This document shows, piece after piece, positions 40,052 through 49,618 of a DNA stretch of 64,000 bases (position 1 is the stretch's first letter; the number at the start of each line of letters is the position of its first letter). The notes below the pieces were generated by a model, which made no database searches, was not told where the DNA came from, and was given only the letters and a program-made list of their open reading frames with translations. The stretch lies in assembly GCA_050010755.1 (NCBI GenBank), contig JBEKKK010000002.1:32001-96000 (forward strand), read 5' to 3'. Position numbers and translations under genes: made by a program. Origin of the DNA: Candidatus Bathyarchaeia archaeon (GTDB lineage: Archaea; Thermoproteota; Bathyarchaeia; Bathyarchaeales; Bathycorpusculaceae).

Positions 40052-42100
40052 CTAAAGCTTTGGATGTTTCATAACTGCAGCACGGTTTTGAATGTCGAAC
40101 GCACATTCTAGGATGGAATTGATTGTTTGGGCAAGTGCAAGTGGGTTCTTGATCATCAGCGCATGAACGAACTCATGCATGAATATTGGTTTCCCAACTT
40201 TGCCTCCACGCCTGCTGACAGAATCTGCCACCTTTTTGTAAAGTTTTGGATCCAGATTCCCCATGAATTTCTCTACATCTTCCTTGAAAAAGAAGACTCT
40301 ATGCTTACATGCATCGTCGGACACTTCCGACTCTATGATCCTGTAGTCTCCATTGCCGCTGTATGAAAAGGCACGCCCTCTGAGGTCAGACTCATCTTGG
40401 TTGTCCCCGTCTGCCACCACGGTGTAGGGCACACAAAAATAATTAAGCAGTTTGTGATACTTCGGAAGCCCGCACTTCCCTCCAGCATCCACAATAACGT
40501 CCTCGTATGTGTCTGGTTCCATATTGCAAGCGTCCGAAACGGCCTCCAGGAACCCCCGATCTGTCTCCCCTTCAACCAACAGAACATGACGCGCGAAAAA
40601 TATTCGAGTATCTATCTGGTAGGACAGCCTGTACCTTTCCGTGCTGGACCAAACATTCTTTGTGTCTAACACGGTCGCCACGCTCTCTTTGACAGGTCTG
40701 CGAACATGGATGATCGATGCATCTCTCTCAAAAAGAAGATAACGCAACAGTGTGGGCGAATGCGTGATGACTACAAGCTGGTTCGACGGCTGTTTGGCCA
40801 TCTTAAAGAGGGCTTTCATCTGAGCTGGGTGTAGATTGACGGCGGGCTCGTCGAGTAACACTAAAGAATCTTTCAACCCGATGAGGGCGGTCAATATGAA
40901 CAGGGATTCGGATATTCCGGCACCCACCTTGTCCATAAAGAACTGTTTTGAGTTTCTTGCGTCTTTGACAACGACGTGGGGATAACGAAAATCATTGTTG
41001 GAACCTGGCGCCACCTGTTGAGAAGCCCGGTGCATGCTCAACGGGAGGATCACAACATCAAGGGTGAGATTGGCAAAGAGCGTGCCGAACATATCTTGAA
41101 TGAGACCAAATCTCTCACGTTCTTCTGGCAGATAAGAATTCTTAAGGCCATACAGATACTCTGCAAGATTCCAACCGTCTGGCTCCAAGATAGCTGGAAG
41201 TCTTGTCGAATCAATTATCTCCTGAGCAACCGTTTTTTGTGTGCCTGTGCTCTCTTCGAACTGAAGGGCCTTTCGAAAGAAGATTGTTCCTCCACTGGAA
41301 AGGAAAAATGCGTGCTTGAAAATTGCAGCTACCATCTGAGAGAATGAAATACTGTAACCATAGTTTGGACCGAAACTCAGTCCAGCAAACCTGAAAAGCC
41401 TATCCAGAACCATCCAGTCAGCTGTAGGATTTGCTAGGTTACTACCGGAAACTGGCGGAACAGGGAAATACCAGCCTTTCGATCCTGCAAGTTGTGACGC
41501 ATTGGCCGTTTCTGGGTTTTCTGTAGCGAGGCTTTCGATAAACTGGGGAAGTCTATCATGAGGGGTCGAACCTTGTGGAAACGGAAATTCGGGCGCAACA
41601 AACGCTGTCGCTTGCGGTGCTTGACTGTAAATCTTCAGACCAAGGCCATCAATGTAGAAGATGCAGATTGGCGATAGCGCTGCATTATTTGAAGGTTGCC
41701 AGATCACCTCTATGCGCAAGGTTTTCAATAAGTCTGCAACCTTCATCCGATTCTTGAACGAATGAACAAAGGTTTGCTCAATATTGCCTTGGGTTTTTAA
41801 TTGATACACACTGAAGAAATCGAGTAGGGTTTCCGCCTCTTCGTCGGAAAACCGAATACAGACCTCCAGTCGCGGGTCGGAAAGACGAGAGAAGATGTCT
41901 GCATCGCTGAGCGCAGAACTGATGGTTAAGGTGTCAACAAGCAGCTTGAGTGCACGAAAGATGTTAGATTTGCCCGAGTCGTTCGGACCCACAATCACAC
42001 TCACTTCGGAGAAAGAAATCGTATCGTGGTCCGAGTTGGCCGCACTGATATCGCCATACGAATACAGGTTTGAGATTCTGAGTCGGTCAATGTGCACCAT
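40052..42100 (-). CDS. OLD-family ATP-dependent nuclease (ABC ATPase + TOPRIM)
   Basis: GPNDSGKSN, LLDEPAVNLHP, ITHSP, LVEGETD, AGGK, ADGD. Confidence 0.88.
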   Translation of the reverse strand: MVHIDRLRISNLYSYGDISAANSDHDTISFSEVSVIVGPNDSGKSNIFRALKLLVDTLTISSALSDADIFSRLSDPRLEVCIRFSDEEAETLLDFFSVYQLKTQGNIEQTFVHSFKNRMKVADLLKTLRIEVIWQPSNNAALSPICIFYIDGLGLKIYSQAPQATAFVAPEFPFPQGSTPHDRLPQFIESLATENPETANASQLAGSKGWYFPVPPVSGSNLANPTADWMVLDRLFRFAGLSFGPNYGYSISFSQMVAAIFKHAFFLSSGGTIFFRKALQFEESTGTQKTVAQEIIDSTRLPAILEPDGWNLAEYLYGLKNSYLPEERERFGLIQDMFGTLFANLTLDVVILPLSMHRASQQVAPGSNNDFRYPHVVVKDARNSKQFFMDKVGAGISESLFILTALIGLKDSLVLLDEPAVNLHPAQMKALFKMAKQPSNQLVVITHSPTLLRYLLFERDASIIHVRRPVKESVATVLDTKNVWSSTERYRLSYQIDTRIFFARHVLLVEGETDRGFLEAVSDACNMEPDTYEDVIVDAGGKCGLPKYHKLLNYFCVPYTVVADGDNQDESDLRGRAFSYSGNGDYRIIESEVSDDACKHRVFFFKEDVEKFMGNLDPKLYKKVADSVSRRGGKVGKPIFMHEFVHALMIKNPLALAQTINSILECAFDIQNRAAVMKHPKL

Positions 42101-42293
42101 GAATACAAAAGATGATGTAACTCCTAATGAAGATTATGGGCGGTCGATAATCATGTATTGTCAAGTTGGTATAGAGCGCGCGCTAAGATTCATATTCCTT
42201 ACATGAACAATTTAACACTTATCAGGTGCTAGGTGACGAGGAGGCTAGGAAATGAAGAATGCAGCGCGTGCTCGGGGCGGTCTCTGGCTTGAA

Positions 42294-43640
42294 TTAGGCA
42301 CCCAAAATGTCCTCGATGTCTTGTTCTTTGATTACCCCAGTTATAGCGAAGAGCATCTCCAAGTCTTCCTTTGTTATATCTGGGTCCATAAAGTATCGTT
42401 TAAGAACGGATAGGAGCAGTTCAGCCCTCATCATGATTATGCTGCTAGCGCCAGAAGACACGCTTATCTTTCTGAGTTGCTTTTCCGAGACATCAAAGTC
42501 GCTTGAGATTATCATGAAGTAGATTTTTTCTATTCCCTCTTTCTTCAACTTTTTCTTGTTTTCATCTATATACTCGATTAAGGTTCTATCATCCACTGCA
42601 TGGAGCGAGAATTTATCCATCCTGCATTTGCAATCATAGATAATTGCATAGTGGTTTTCCTTATCTTTGGCTATCCCGTCAGGACCTCTTTTACCTCTCC
42701 CTAATTTCTCAACTTCAAACTTCATAAGTCTGAAAAGAAGGTAGACTTTATCTTCAAAAACGTCCTCAAGCTCCTTCCCAACATATCTTTTTTGGATTGT
42801 ATCGTCGTTTCTGGCTATCAAGGGCAAATCTGATATTACCGGTGGCAAGAAATCATCCGAAACAACAAGAGGGCCTTTCATTCCTTGCGGTTGTAAGACG
42901 ACTTTAGTTTTCAGTCTAACCTCAGCATTATAATAGTTCCATACGATGTGTTCGACGTCCCAAAAATTAGTCTTCCTGTTCAGGTTTTGTGCAAAAAGGT
43001 CTTTCAAACAGTTGTTCAGTTCAAAAAAAGATTCATAGTATAAATCCAATTGCTCGGTCTCTGTCAGAAAACCGAGATTCTTAAATGATATTTCCAATGA
43101 ATTGTAGAATATCGGAAACTTTTCTGGGTCTTGAATCTGCCAGAAGTAACTCAGGAAAAACAATGATGACTTAGTTTTCGGCGCCTTCCTTTTAGCCATG
43201 CCTTTGGACATCATCGAATGGTTGATATTCCCTACAAATCCGACAAATCTCGCTAGTTTTTCTTTAGCTTCTTTCAAATCCCTCGGAGCTTTCAAACAGT
43301 CTAGAAGTGTTTGGTGCAAACTCTGAAGAAGCCCGACTTCCTGTGAGCTGTTGTAGAGCATGTTGAAGAACATCATTCCATTCATGCCCTTGAATCCCCA
43401 TAACCTATTCCTTTTGTTTATGCTATCAATTTCCAGTTTGAACTTCTCAAGAGTGATCTTTTGATCAAAGAAGCTATTGAGAAGTGGCGCAATTCTGCCG
43501 ATAACCGTCAACCTCTTTTCGTCTAACTCTTTGCACGGAACTTGCACATCCAAGCTCGGTTCAAGACACCTCTCTCCATTCTTGGTGTAGCTTTCAAGCA
43601 GATTCAGTGCAACTTCACGTTCTCGAGAATTAAGGTTCAT
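42294..43640 (-). CDS. Orphan endonuclease with FokI-like C-terminal cleavage domain
   Basis: FEDKV..F, GPDGIA...IIYDCK resembles FokI PDG..IVDTK; helical N-terminal domain. Confidence 0.75.
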   Translation of the reverse strand: MNLNSREREVALNLLESYTKNGERCLEPSLDVQVPCKELDEKRLTVIGRIAPLLNSFFDQKITLEKFKLEIDSINKRNRLWGFKGMNGMMFFNMLYNSSQEVGLLQSLHQTLLDCLKAPRDLKEAKEKLARFVGFVGNINHSMMSKGMAKRKAPKTKSSLFFLSYFWQIQDPEKFPIFYNSLEISFKNLGFLTETEQLDLYYESFFELNNCLKDLFAQNLNRKTNFWDVEHIVWNYYNAEVRLKTKVVLQPQGMKGPLVVSDDFLPPVISDLPLIARNDDTIQKRYVGKELEDVFEDKVYLLFRLMKFEVEKLGRGKRGPDGIAKDKENHYAIIYDCKCRMDKFSLHAVDDRTLIEYIDENKKKLKKEGIEKIYFMIISSDFDVSEKQLRKISVSSGASSIIMMRAELLLSVLKRYFMDPDITKEDLEMLFAITGVIKEQDIEDILGA

Positions 43641-43827
43641 ACAATATAGGTATCTTGGAATCCTTAAAAGTCTTCATCGCATGAATACTAATGGAACATC
43701 AGCGCGCCATGAATGACAGTAAGGATCCTTCTAGTGTAAATTGAATGGACAAAACTGCCACTGATTCTTTAAAAGAGCTTACCTATTTCCACTTGCTACT
43801 GGATCCGCCTTGCAAAGAGACTGTTTA

Positions 43828-44721
43828 TCAAGGAGAAGTGTGGGTGTGAGTTAGGCTTTTGCTTATTTTTTCTACTTGAAAGCCTAGGCTTCGTAGGAGT
43901 GCATTCGAGGATGCGTTTTGTTCGGAGGTTCCTAGTATGACATGGTCCATTCCTTTTTTGTACAGGAAATTCATGGCTCTGGCCGTTAGGGCTGATGCGA
44001 GGTGTCTGTTGCGATATTCGGGAAGGGTCGCTGCTGGGCCTAGATAGCCTCTGTTGAGATGCAGATGTTTCATCGCGTCTGTGTCTGGTTTTGCCACGAC
44101 GGCTGACACGATTCTGCCGTTGATCTCGGCGATCTGCACCCACTCCTCATTAAACGGTGGATCTTCAACCATCCAGTTTTCCAGATCTCCGAGTTGCAGC
44201 CTTTTCCATCCAAAACCCCTGTTCATGGCCTCAACGAACTCTTCTTCCTCGTCGGCTCTCAGGCTTCGAAGCGTGGTGTCTTCGTCAACCTTGGGGACGG
44301 GTCTTAACCCGTCGAGTTTTGCCTTCATTCGCTGAAAGCCCGGCTGCAACGTGTACCCGCGTTTGATCCAATCGGCTATTCTAGGGCTTCCCTCATCAAT
44401 CATAATCATGACAGCGCCGGCTTTAGCACTCTTTTCAACAGCGTTCACGAGCATGTCCTCAACGATTCTCCGATTCTGCCCCTTGCCCGCAGCCATCCAA
44501 GTAACGTGCTCCGAATCCTCATGAGAGTGAGTCGCTATGAGGCCCAGCACCCTGCCATCCTCTTCCGCCACGAGAATCCTGAGACGGCGACTACGAATTT
44601 CGGAACAAACCCTCTCCTCATCGAACAGAATAAACTCAGAGTCATCCCTGTACTCATCATTCAACAAACTGACAACGGCGCGCAAATGCCTCTCAGCGAA
44701 TTCTACAATCTGGACGGTCAT
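43828..44721 (-). CDS. Tandem GNAT acetyltransferase
   Basis: Two GNAT folds; TLPEYRNRHLASAL, N..S..L..SLGF. Confidence 0.85.
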   Translation of the reverse strand: MTVQIVEFAERHLRAVVSLLNDEYRDDSEFILFDEERVCSEIRSRRLRILVAEEDGRVLGLIATHSHEDSEHVTWMAAGKGQNRRIVEDMLVNAVEKSAKAGAVMIMIDEGSPRIADWIKRGYTLQPGFQRMKAKLDGLRPVPKVDEDTTLRSLRADEEEEFVEAMNRGFGWKRLQLGDLENWMVEDPPFNEEWVQIAEINGRIVSAVVAKPDTDAMKHLHLNRGYLGPAATLPEYRNRHLASALTARAMNFLYKKGMDHVILGTSEQNASSNALLRSLGFQVEKISKSLTHTHTSP

Positions 44722-45216
44722 ATTCCCTTCAGCAGAAGCAGAAACCGTCTATAAACTTTTTGTGAAGCGCACACTCTTGCTCTCCTATTCGCCCACATTC
44801 GACGCCGCTCTAACAGCAAACAGCGCGCGCAACACGGATTAATCAAAACTCGTTTTTATTCGTTTTATTCGTTTTTGTTTTTTTGTTTTCGGAGCGAACA
44901 TTCATTCGGATAATCGGAAGCATGGTTCGCGAGAAGTCGCGGATTCTGTCGTTGTTGGTGTAGTGTTGAGAACGAACGAAAGAAAAAGGGACTTTGAGCG
45001 CGTTAATCAAAACGCGTCTGTTCGTCGTCTTGTATGTCAAGTCGCATAGTCGGAAGTTCAAGTCCTTTAAGCGCGCGCTAGACACGAGACAAACAAGACG
45101 GAAGTGAAATCGTCAAAAACGGATGAACCCCGCAAGCGCGCAGTTGCATCTTGCGCGAGAAAAGCAGCCTATTGTCCTATGACTTTAGATGAATCTAATT
45201 AAGGTGTTACACAATA

Positions 45217-45966
45217 GTGCATATAGAAGGTTTAAGAATGAGTGGCCCACAAACAAGCGGAAACAAACCAAATAAAATGGTTAGCAGGAAAGTCGTGTAC
45301 TCGTTAGGTTTAGCCTGCATAGTCTTGACTGCTCTCGTAGCCTATTTCGCGGTGACTAGCATTTCGCAAGACAGTTACACTAATCTTCAGAACCAAAACA
45401 AACAACTGCAAACGTGGCTATCGGGCAATGAAACCTTACTCAATCTGACACAAGCTGACAACGCAAACCTCGCAGAGCAGATAGCGAACCAAAACAACAC
45501 GATTTCCCAGTTAGAATCTAACATTGCCAGCCTAGAAAACCAAATTGCCAATGACAATGCAACCATCACAAGTCTGGAAAACAGCATTACCCCAAGCGTA
45601 TGGATCGCCTCGGTATCGAAATTCGAGGTTTGGTCGAGCACTTATCTTTATTTCGATTTCACAGTTAACGTAACAAACAACGGAACAGACACTGTGAACA
45701 ATATAACCGTAGTGATTGTACCTCACCCTCCTCCGAATGCCAGTTCTCCTTTAAACATCACCTTGGACTTTGGAACAATCGTTGCTGAGGCCAATGAAAC
45801 CAAACACACAGGAGAATTCGTAGACGACGTTGTGGGTGGCGCAGCTCTCATAAACTCTGCAGTTTTGACTCTCTATGTTGCAAACATTCCCATCAATCAA
45901 CAAACTCTGCAGGGTTTTATCGAACCGCAATATACTGAGAACAGACAAACCTGGGTCTTTTCATAA
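45217..45966 (+). CDS. Membrane-anchored coiled-coil protein
   Basis: TM, N/Q-rich heptads, C-terminal CARDB-like beta domain; ATG 45238 likely start. Confidence 0.7.
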   Translation: MHIEGLRMSGPQTSGNKPNKMVSRKVVYSLGLACIVLTALVAYFAVTSISQDSYTNLQNQNKQLQTWLSGNETLLNLTQADNANLAEQIANQNNTISQLESNIASLENQIANDNATITSLENSITPSVWIASVSKFEVWSSTYLYFDFTVNVTNNGTDTVNNITVVIVPHPPPNASSPLNITLDFGTIVAEANETKHTGEFVDDVVGGAALINSAVLTLYVANIPINQQTLQGFIEPQYTENRQTWVFS

Positions 45967-45975
45967 TAGCGCGCT

Positions 45976-47074
45976 GGCTTGTCCCTAAATTGAGTTAATG
46001 TTTAATTTGGGAAGTGGGGTCTCGTATTTTGTGTTACGTCCAAGCACAGGAGGTGAATCCTTTAGCTGGACAAGATGAACACGAGACCCTAGAAACCCTC
46101 TTCAAAAACATAGACTTAAGCTTTGCTAGGAATGTCTTGCGCGGATGCTTTCACGCTTCCGGTGCGGGCAGGCCTCCTAGGAACCCATTGGGGCTCTTCA
46201 GAACCTTCATCGTCATGCGAATGAAAGGCGTTCGCAGTCTAAGAGAAATGACCCGCCTACTCGACACGGACCTGCGGCTCAGAAGACTGTGCCTCATCAA
46301 ACCAGGCGAAGCAGGCTATCCCAGAAGCGTTCTGAGCAGGTTCATTCGCAAAGTCGGAGAAGACAACCTCACCAAGATAATCGAGGAGAAAGTAGTCAAA
46401 CTCTTGAAACGGAACAACGCAAAAGACGTTGACGCCGTGTTTGACGCTTCCTTCATCAAGGCCTGGAGCACACGCCACCCACTGGACAACCAGAGAGGCC
46501 TTTCTGATGGTGATGCAAGGGTTGGAAGAGCAGGCAGAACCTTCGGACTCGGTTACAAGCTGCACCTTTCCATCGACTCCAAGAGCATGCTTCCTCTAAC
46601 GAACGTTTTTGCCTCGGCAAACCAGAACGAGAAGAAACACTCGCTGAACATACTGGAGAAGACGAAGACTATTCTAAAGCGGTCTGCAGCCAAATTGAGA
46701 AGCGTGATAGCTGACAGCCAATACAGCGACGGCAAACTCAGAAACGCCGTCGACGCGACAGTGATTCCTTACCCGGCAAACCAGAAACGCGGCGTAAGAG
46801 ACATACTCAGGGTGGACAAGAAGTTTCGAACCTACGGGCCTGAAGACCAGAAGAATGAGTATCATAAGAGGCCTCATATAGAGGCGGTCTACAGCTTCCT
46901 GAAGAACCAGTACAGCCTATCCATAAACAAAGTCAGAGGAGTAAGAAACGTGGCTTCCTACGCGCTCTACAGCCTACTGTGCCTGGTTCTGAACAGAGAA
47001 GCAGCAGAAAACACAGGAAGACCAGACAAAGCAGTCTCACCAACATACTTCAACACATAATAAAGGGACAAGGC
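45976..47074 (+). mobile_element. IS element (IS5/IS1182-like DDE), 1099 bp
   Basis: TIRs GGCTTGTCCCT / AGGGACAAGGC, flanked by AGCGCGCT and AGCGCGCG. Confidence 0.9.
46014..47060 (+). CDS. DDE transposase
   Basis: GRPP N-terminal domain, FDASFI, GYKLH, IADSQY, RPHIEAVYSFLK. Confidence 0.92.
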   Translation: MGSRILCYVQAQEVNPLAGQDEHETLETLFKNIDLSFARNVLRGCFHASGAGRPPRNPLGLFRTFIVMRMKGVRSLREMTRLLDTDLRLRRLCLIKPGEAGYPRSVLSRFIRKVGEDNLTKIIEEKVVKLLKRNNAKDVDAVFDASFIKAWSTRHPLDNQRGLSDGDARVGRAGRTFGLGYKLHLSIDSKSMLPLTNVFASANQNEKKHSLNILEKTKTILKRSAAKLRSVIADSQYSDGKLRNAVDATVIPYPANQKRGVRDILRVDKKFRTYGPEDQKNEYHKRPHIEAVYSFLKNQYSLSINKVRGVRNVASYALYSLLCLVLNREAAENTGRPDKAVSPTYFNT

Positions 47075-47126
47075 AGCGCGCGATTTATAAGTGCGCTCTG
47101 ATTCTGTTCGGGAGCCTTGAGGGGAA

Positions 47127-47843
47127 TTGGAATTGACGGATCAGAAGTCACGCGGGATTTATCGCAATATCAGCGCGACAAGAATGGTAGCCTCAACACT
47201 CGGTGTTTTCGGCGGACTCATGAGTATGGAACACGGTTTTTTTGAAACACTTCAGGGTAATCACTCACCAAACAGCATAATCATAGACGCTATCGGTAAC
47301 CAAGCAAACAGCGCCTTTCAGGGCAGTGAACCTGCCTTAACGATCATACCCAACTTCTTAGTAACTGGCATACTTGCGATGATTGTCAGCCCTATAGTCA
47401 TAGTATGGGCGGCCAAGTTTATCCAAAGGAAGAACGGCGTATTCTTCCTGATTCTTCTCTCAACCATCCTTTTTCTGTTTGGAGGAGGACTTGCACCTCT
47501 ATTAATTCTTGTTATCGCAAGTGCAGTCGCCACCAGGATAAACAAGCCGTTAACGTTTTGGCGCGTGCATCTCTCAGGCAACGCAGGTCGCTTCTTGGCA
47601 AAGTTGTGGCCTTATCCATTCATCGTCGTGTTCTTGCCGTCTTTAATCAACGTTCAAAATGCAATTTTTGGGAATTTCTTCGGTTTGAACATTCCGAATT
47701 TTTCAGCAATTCTTTTTCTCTTCATTTTTGGGCTACTTCTGCTAAGTGTTGTCAGTGGATTTGCGTATGATATCCAAAAAAAGACCGATTCACATCAGAC
47801 ACCTTCAAAGACCCAGCAAACAAGCCGCACGCGCCCTAATTAA
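47127..47843 (+). CDS. Hypothetical multi-TM membrane protein
   Basis: 5-6 TM, EHG.FE..QG, EPA.T..P. Confidence 0.75.
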   Translation: MELTDQKSRGIYRNISATRMVASTLGVFGGLMSMEHGFFETLQGNHSPNSIIIDAIGNQANSAFQGSEPALTIIPNFLVTGILAMIVSPIVIVWAAKFIQRKNGVFFLILLSTILFLFGGGLAPLLILVIASAVATRINKPLTFWRVHLSGNAGRFLAKLWPYPFIVVFLPSLINVQNAIFGNFFGLNIPNFSAILFLFIFGLLLLSVVSGFAYDIQKKTDSHQTPSKTQQTSRTRPN

Positions 47844-47857
47844 TTTAGGGACAAGCC
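47842..47857 (-). repeat. Extra IS terminal inverted repeat
   Basis: AATTTAGGGACAAGCC is the exact reverse complement of 45976-45991, followed by AGCGCGCT. Confidence 0.85.
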
Positions 47858-47863
47858 AGCGCG

Positions 47864-48217
47864 CTATTGCATAAGGCTGCTCACCCAAGCCCAAGCTATG
47901 AGACTCAGGAGGATACCCCAAATAATCCCAAAAATAAGCAAGTTTTTAGCCATATCCTTGTCTCTGTCTTTCGTTCCGACATATCCAATCAGCCCCCCAA
48001 TAATTCCGAAAAAGAACGGTACCAGATACCATAATGACGACGGCGCGTCAACACCGTAGTATTCCTCAGTTTCTTGAAGTTCTGAAGGATTATAAGTGCG
48101 CGCGTTAACATTTATTCTGCGAGCTCCGCAATATGGACATGCTACCCATGTTGACTCGATCACTTTCTTGCATTGAAGGCAAACTGTGGTAGGAGTTGTC
48201 CCTTCCCTCTCTGACAT
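47864..48217 (-). CDS. Zinc-ribbon membrane protein
   Basis: CLQC..CPYCG, two C-terminal TMs. Confidence 0.75.
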   Translation of the reverse strand: MSEREGTTPTTVCLQCKKVIESTWVACPYCGARRINVNARTYNPSELQETEEYYGVDAPSSLWYLVPFFFGIIGGLIGYVGTKDRDKDMAKNLLIFGIIWGILLSLIAWAWVSSLMQ

Positions 48218-48420
48218 CTCTATTCCATGATCATTACTGAAGTAGCACCTTAAAAAGACTAATCCTACGAGCACTCTCCATGCGCGCGCGAACCAAACAC
48301 CTCCAAAAACACAATAGTCTGAGATCCAATTAGCGCGTGCGCTAAGGGCAACCCACGAATATCCTCTTGGGCGAAATCATTAATTAGTCGGCAAGCAAAT
48401 CATGGAGTTGTGAGTCACGA

Positions 48421-48813
48421 TTGTCGATTAGTAAGAATGGAATCATGCAGGTGCAAAGTGGGCATTCTTTTGCAGAAACATTCGAACGACTAAAGTCCAT
48501 TGCAGTGTCCCACGGACTCACAATTTTCGCCACAATAGATTTCAGCGAAGACGCCGAACGAGCAGGTTTGAAAATGAATCCCACACGACTGCTTATCTTC
48601 GGCAACCCAAAAGCAGGCACTCCACTGATGATCTCCTCACCAACCGTTGCCATCGATTTTCCGCTAAAAGCCCTCGTCTCCGAAGATGAAAACCGGAAAG
48701 TTACAATATCCTACAACTCGCCGCAGTACCTAGAGGCGCGCCACAACATTCCAGATGAACTATTAAAAAACATCTCAGGCATAGTGTCAATCGTAGAATC
48801 TGCAGCTAAATAG
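48421..48813 (+). CDS. DUF302 family protein
   Basis: FATIDF..A..AGL, LIFGNPKAGTPLM, DFPLKALV. Confidence 0.88.
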   Translation: MSISKNGIMQVQSGHSFAETFERLKSIAVSHGLTIFATIDFSEDAERAGLKMNPTRLLIFGNPKAGTPLMISSPTVAIDFPLKALVSEDENRKVTISYNSPQYLEARHNIPDELLKNISGIVSIVESAAK

Positions 48814-48871
48814 CATAAACATTTTGCTTAGACAGAGCTTAGTTTGGTTCTGAGACCGCGCGCCCTTTTTG

Positions 48872-49570
48872 TCAGGGGTCGCGGAGAATGTGCTTAACCT
48901 TGATTTGGTAATTTTTTAGGAACAGTTCCATCGGGAATGGCTTGCCGTGCCCGGGGTAGACAGTAGTTACTTTTAGATATCTCAGTTTTTCGATGCTGGC
49001 CTCAAATCCTGCCTTATCGAAAATACCAAAACCAGGAGCTGGTTTCCCCCCGTTCCTCAGCAGGTCGCCGCAGAACAAATCGCCGCTGGCGGTCAGGATG
49101 CCTATGGAACCGTTGGAGTGCCCCGGTATATGAAGGACTCGGGCGTCGAAACCGTACTCCTGCAGATCATTTCCATCCTCAAGAAATACATCTGGCCTGA
49201 ACCTATCGGATTTCTTGAGCTTGTAGAAACGTAGTAGCGTTCTGACCATGATTCCTTTGAAGTTACGCCCGATTTTCTTGTTAAGAACCGGGTTTCCACT
49301 TTCAACCGCATCCAATTCGCCGCGGTTCATGGCTATGCTAGTGCCATACTTCTCTCGGAGATACGCGCAATTGCCCACATGGTCAGAATCTCCATGAGTC
49401 ACGAAGATGAGCTTCAAATTTCCAGGCTTGCAGCCCGCGCTTTCAAGTTCTTTTTCAATTTCGAAGCGATTCTTTGAAAATCCAGTGTCAATCAGGATAA
49501 ATCCGCTGTTAACTCTAACAAGATAACAATTTACGCCGCTGAAACTGATGGATCTTATTTCTTGAATCAC
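48872..49570 (-). CDS. MBL-fold metallo-hydrolase
   Basis: LIDTG, THGDSDHVG, PGHS, GD, PGHG. Confidence 0.9.
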   Translation of the reverse strand: MIQEIRSISFSGVNCYLVRVNSGFILIDTGFSKNRFEIEKELESAGCKPGNLKLIFVTHGDSDHVGNCAYLREKYGTSIAMNRGELDAVESGNPVLNKKIGRNFKGIMVRTLLRFYKLKKSDRFRPDVFLEDGNDLQEYGFDARVLHIPGHSNGSIGILTASGDLFCGDLLRNGGKPAPGFGIFDKAGFEASIEKLRYLKVTTVYPGHGKPFPMELFLKNYQIKVKHILRDP

Positions 49571-49618
49571 GGTTTTCCTCTTTCACTGTGTATTTTGTAC
49601 GGTATTAGTCTCTCCGAA

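Noticed and set aside
40052-42100. Gabija system
   Set aside because: No adjacent UvrD-like GajB.
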